In this document: positions 59,159 through 64,000 of the stretch, one piece after another
Numbering within the stretch: the first letter of the stretch is position 1
Layout: each line of letters begins with the position of its first letter
Assembly (NCBI GenBank): GCA_030704615.1
Contig: CM060732.1
Coordinates: 65,658,001 to 65,722,000, forward strand
Origin: Takakia lepidozioides
Lineage: Eukaryota; Plantae; Bryophyta
Reading direction: 5' to 3'
Length of the DNA stretch: 64,000 nt
Notes under the pieces: model-generated
Databases searched by the model: none
The model's input: only the letters and a program-made list of their open reading frames with translations
What the model was told of the DNA's origin: nothing
Translations under genes and position numbers: made by a program

Positions 59159-61189
59159 AGTATCCGAGGGAGAGGTTGATTGGTTTCCGGAATGTAAGAT
59201 GTTCACTTGACGTGAAGATCATTAGCATCAGAAAACTAGAACACTGTTATTAGAAGTTTTGCACTGGTTTTATCCACCAACCTGGTAGAGCTGTATGCTC
59301 TGTAAATCTCCAAGTTTATCTGTGTATGAGAGCGTGAGGTACTCCGCCTTCATTCAACGTTTCGGAAATTGGACTTGTTCTTTGTTGTTGTTTATCCCCA
59401 TGTGGTGTCGCATGGGCTGTTTGGGCTTCAAGGGGCCGTTAATAATGTCTTTGCACTCTCACATGCTTCTCTCCCTCATAAACACTGCAGTCAAGTGATA
59501 TGATATCCTCGATGATATCTGTAGATGTCGTGCAATGGAAGGGAGGACTGCGCAGCGCCAACTTTGATAACCGCCCATCACCAGTGCAGGTCACGCTCTT
59601 CCAGGAATTTGCATTTTATCACACAATTATCGAACTTCACTTTCGTACTTTCACTTTCGTACAACTTCATAGAAGTGGAATCCCTGTTCAAAACTGACTC
59701 TGTTCATCGGAAGAAAATACAAGTTTTAGTGGAAAACAGTACAATGCCTGGTGGTCTGGAAGAGGATTCCCAAAAGAACTTCAAGAAATTCGAGAACCTT
59801 TCGATGGTACTTATGTAGCCCAAATGAGTGTATCGAGTGGATATACTCAAATTTCCAGGTAGGTAGGAGATTTTGAACTTGAAGCAGCCGGGAAAGGTGA
59901 GTCACACATAATTCTGCGAGGGTTTTTTGATTTGTGCTTTGTAAACAAACCCAGAAAGTACATCTGCCCCTTCTCCAACCCTTATATAAACATTGAAGTT
60001 GGTTGAATGTCCTGCTCTGTTTTCTTGGTGAGGTGCGCATGGATGTAAAGAAGATGATAGTGGAGATGTAAGAATTCAGGAGCTAAGCCGAAGAAATGAA
60101 ATAAAATGGTGCTTTATAACGTCTGCGGAAAGCTCATAGAGCTTATGGGACAAAATGGAAGAAAACATGAGGAAACAGAACCAGAGGCAAGAATAAGAAC
60201 TATTGCTCGAGTGATTGTCTAAGGGTGAAGGCCTCGTGCAGGCAAGCTGCCAAGCATTTCTAAAGAAAGACAGAGAAACTTTGTAATGTGTGAGAGAGAG
60301 ACGATGAAAGCGGGTTACAAGATGAACTGCTGAAAAGGACGCGGATGAAGTGTAGTCGGAGCAGAGTTTGACAGTCGAGAGGGGATGGGCTGGACGGCAT
60401 AATTTTTGGTTGTAGAGAACTCATCAAGATTACACTGGAGTCATCCTTCTTGACACTGTAGTTACTAGTAACTACAGTGCTAGTTACTTAAGCATTGAGA
60501 GCAATGGGCTATGCTCTCTTTTAGTCCTCATGTGTTTGTACGCTGCTGCAGATGTGTGAGGCCAGCACTTACCTTGGTCCTAAGGTTTACTGCTGTAGTG
60601 ACACTGTAATGAAGCTGAGTGTGTGGGTCACTAGATTAGCATGAGCAGGTTCTGTCAGCCGGTGTATCTTTTCATGGTCACTAATATTGTTCTAGTCTTT
60701 ATGATACTATGCTTGTAAGGTGCTGACACAAGTCTTTGTGTCTAGTAGATGTGTATCTTTCTTGAGCTTGCATGTGGAAAGTGTTGCCAACTACTTCTCA
60801 CAAACAATAATAATGTGAAAAAGATCATATATGTTGCAAGGCGTCTGGTTGTGCTTAGGGCAGCCGTAAAAGAGAATGCTCTCACTTGGACGTTCTTTAG
60901 CCTTCCGTCCCCAGGAGTGATCAAGTAGTTTGGAAGAGCAATGAAAGCCTCTAAGTTGGTCAATCTGCCTTCTAGCAGCCTTTCTGTAGACCCATTGGCC
61001 CTCGTGGCCCCCTGCGGACGTCGCAAAGCTTCTTTCGTTTTTTTTGTCTTCCTCTGTCCGATGAGGGGCTTCGTCTCGAGGCGACACTTTGGGGTTTGTT
61101 TAGCACGTTCTTAAATTTATGTTGTACTCCGCTCTGCGCGATTTTTTCCATAACCTCTGTTTTCTACTGAGTCCCACGGACCCATCCAG

Positions 61190-61790
61190 GCATCCTATGC
61201 ACGCAGACCGCAGATTCATCTTCAACCAATAGGAAATTGAGATTGTCAAATCATACCAATACCTGGGTCAGGTTATCCACTCTGCCAAATTCCAGGTTGC
61301 ATCAACAGCCCTCGACAGTTGGCGAAGGGCAAGGCCGACTCCATCCGCCTTCAGGCCAAATGCAAACAGATACACCTGCGCCACCCCCAACCAAATAGTG
61401 GCTATTTGACAGCGTTGTCACCCCCGGCCGCCAAGTATGGTTGTGAGGTCTGGGCACATGGTATCCCAATTTTCTGGTGGGAGAAAAATCTGGAACCATT
61501 GCAGTCATTGCCATCTTTTCTCCAAGAAATGTTTGGCGCCAGAGGCACAACTCCTTCTCACATCAGGACTATGTGCAGAGTTTGCATGCGTGCCACTTCA
61601 AACCGAGGCACTTTTCCGGCTTACAATCTTTCTTAATAGGTTACAAGCCCTTCCACCCAAGGGGCTCGTGGCAAGAGCCCTCGCAACATCTTTTAGGCTC
61701 GAAATAGCAGGTTTCAAGCACTCCTGGTATGCTCGAGTGTGCAGTAGTTTTGAGCGTGGACTGAGTTTGATGGAGTACAGAAATTATGCA
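61190..61790 (+). mobile_element. 5'-truncated, decayed LINE (RT C-terminal region)
   Basis: EIEIVKSYQYLG, AKYGCEVWA and AEFACVPLQ...RLTIFLNRLQALPPKGLVARAL across frameshifts. Confidence 0.7.
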
Positions 61791-62159
61791 TTTGCTGCTT
61801 TACAGATGAGGTCAATTATTCTGCATCACCAGGAATGGTGGGAGTGCGTGATTATTGTAGAACCTGGATGAAGTCGTCGTTTAGCATAATTTCTTTGCTC
61901 AATGTATTGTCACTCGTAAGCAAGGGGAACGATCCAACGATGCATACCTAGTCTATATATGAAATCCTCTTGCCAATGCCTGCTCAGAACCACTCGAATT
62001 CAGAGGGACATGATGGCGTGATTTATTCGGTTGAACAGATTTGGTGCTGATTTGGTGAAGTCGTGAATAGGGCACTAATTGCCAAGAAGGGTGATCTCAC
62101 AAAGGATGGAAACAACAAACAAGCTGGGTGGATGGAAAAACGGGTCCCAATTCGAACGT

Positions 62160-64000
62160 TTGATCACGAAGAGCGTGGCGGGCTATAACTTAAGTGTGGT
62201 GGCGCAGCAGCGATGATCCAAGATCATATGCATGATAATATATGAAGCTCATCAAAGCTCTCAGCAGTGTGGCCGTAAACTTGCTGCATGTACCCTTGTA
62301 TCCGGATCGATTACCTTTGGCGGCATAACAAGCGCACTGCTCAGATTATCTCAAGATTGTCTCATCTAAGTAAGCGTATGCTTGTTAATGAGCTGTTTCG
62401 ATTGTTAGATCTAAACCAGGTTGATGAGGCGCTTTTGTAACTTGGGTAGACAAGGATGTTAATGGACCCTGACTGGGCAGTTGGTTGTTCACGAGGATAT
62501 TTTCCAGCCGACTTTGTTGTAAGTGTTTGGGTGTTTACCAGCATCTCGCAATTGTTCGCGCACACGCACTGAATGCTCTACCGTCTCATAATTGAAGTTC
62601 TTAAATTCGTCTGTCGATTCGCAATCTCTCTAGAAGGTTAATGGGAAGCCCAGATTGTGTAAGTACTAAGTACCCTCTCCCATAATGCACTGCATGGGGA
62701 TGCTGATAAGCTCAGCGAAAAAAAACAAACAAACCAAAAAAAACCTCTTTCTCAGTTGCATGCTTTGTCAAGCTCCTCAATCCTGTTTTCAGCTCGTTTT
62801 CAAAGGCCTCTATTTTTCTCTTCTTACTTTCTGAGTCTCTGAGTGTGTGTATACCTATCAATTGGTGAGTACTGTGTGAGACTTACTACCTCATTATACT
62901 TACTCTTCTTGTGTCAATGCTTTCTGTAGCATGGATGTTGTCATCTAAGATTCTTGTACAATTCTCACAATAGCTACGATCTCCCGTCTCACTCTCTTGA
63001 AGTAGCGAGCTACGTTATAAACCTCGGATCTCCACCATTTAATACTACGGTACCGAATAATTATCATCGACACATCGGTAACAAAAGTCAGGCAGTTTTA
63101 AAAGCCGTCAGAACTAGAAGCATCAACTGTCCAGCTCTATTGTCACTACCTGCAAGTCCCCGTCTCTTCTTCTCTTCAGCTTGTTGTATCTCACAGCAGG
63201 TTTCTCTACGGCACGTTGCTCACTGCATTGCTCAGATCACGTTCACGAGTAGATTTACACTGTTCACAGAAGCATTCTGCCACAGGGGCCATTGTCAAGC
63301 TGCACTTCCATATCGTACGATACGCGTATCATCTGAATGAAATGTGAAACCGTTAGATTCAGAAAGCCTGAAAGGCTCACAGCAGCATGGGCCATTCTAC
63401 CGTACAAGTTATTCCTGACGTACGTCAAGCCGTTTGACGAGGCCAACACTCGTTCCAGGGACTCTTCGGAGGACAATGACATCCAATTTTTATCAGTATC
63501 ATGTGTACAACCTCAACTTGCCGCAGGCTTTTACCTTCCGAAATTATGAAACAGACCACAGACAGTAGCCAGTTCATAGAACATTTGGTCTTGGAGAATT
63601 AGCTTAGTCCGGCACATTGAATAATAAGATGCATTTGCACATTTGAGCACTCTAGTGCTTTATAACCTGAGAAAATACTAAAGTAAGATTGTGTATGGCG
63701 TCATCATCATGTGCGATTTGGATGTTTGAAAGTAGAGAACTCGGAGGGCTTCGTAATAAATGCGACTGATTCTCCACTGGACACAACAAATCCTAAGTGG
63801 ATCAAGTTCAACATGTCAACTGTAAGGTGCGCAGCCACAACGAATATTGGCTCTGGACAAATCTTAGAATGTAGGTAAAATTAAGCGGCAAACATGTGAA
63901 TGGAAGGAATCATTCATGAACATGGAAATATGAGTTCTGCTTTCAATCTTTGCACCTGAGGAAATAGTCTACAGGACAAGAGAGAGGGAACTCTATACCA
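62160..64000. repeat. Diverged local duplication, copy 2 (runs off window end)
   Basis: Colinear with 52460-52630 plus 55785-57300 except for an inverted segment. Confidence 0.85.

Overview
This is a transposon-dense eukaryotic window, most likely from a land plant. PLS-type PPR fragments and short GT-AG introns suggest a non-seed plant (inference). It has a 500-N gap at 37600-38099. The centrepiece is a complete ~15.5-kb Mutator-like DNA transposon (10139-25607) with short TIRs, (CATGAGC)n subterminal arrays and an 8/9-bp TSD. It encodes (i) a DDE/SWIM transposase; (ii) a divergently transcribed 9-exon, ~1300-aa protein that joins a ParB/Srx-like domain (DGNHR) to a prokaryote-type beta-class N4C/N6A DNA-methyltransferase-like domain; and (iii) a head-to-head pair of paralogous unknown ~190-aa proteins. 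It also carries ~50 copies of a 22-bp palindrome (GGAAATGCGG-YR-CCGCATTTCC), ~32 of them phased at a 53-bp period and three in introns of the ParB-MTase gene. I propose this as a candidate ParB/parS-like self-recognition and DNA-marking module. A sister element end at 1-597 has the same terminus but a different palindrome. Other content: three non-autonomous CACTA elements carrying PPR gene fragments, a deleted non-chromovirus Ty3/gypsy with an extra 3' ORF, a young full-length chromovirus inserted in a second dead MULE transposase, a partial reverse-strand LTR element, a SINE-like insert, a LINE remnant, an FCP1-like pseudogene, one probable host gene (permuted papain-like H...NC protein) and a local duplication with an internal inversion. 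All family calls come from motif recognition by eye; no database was searched.
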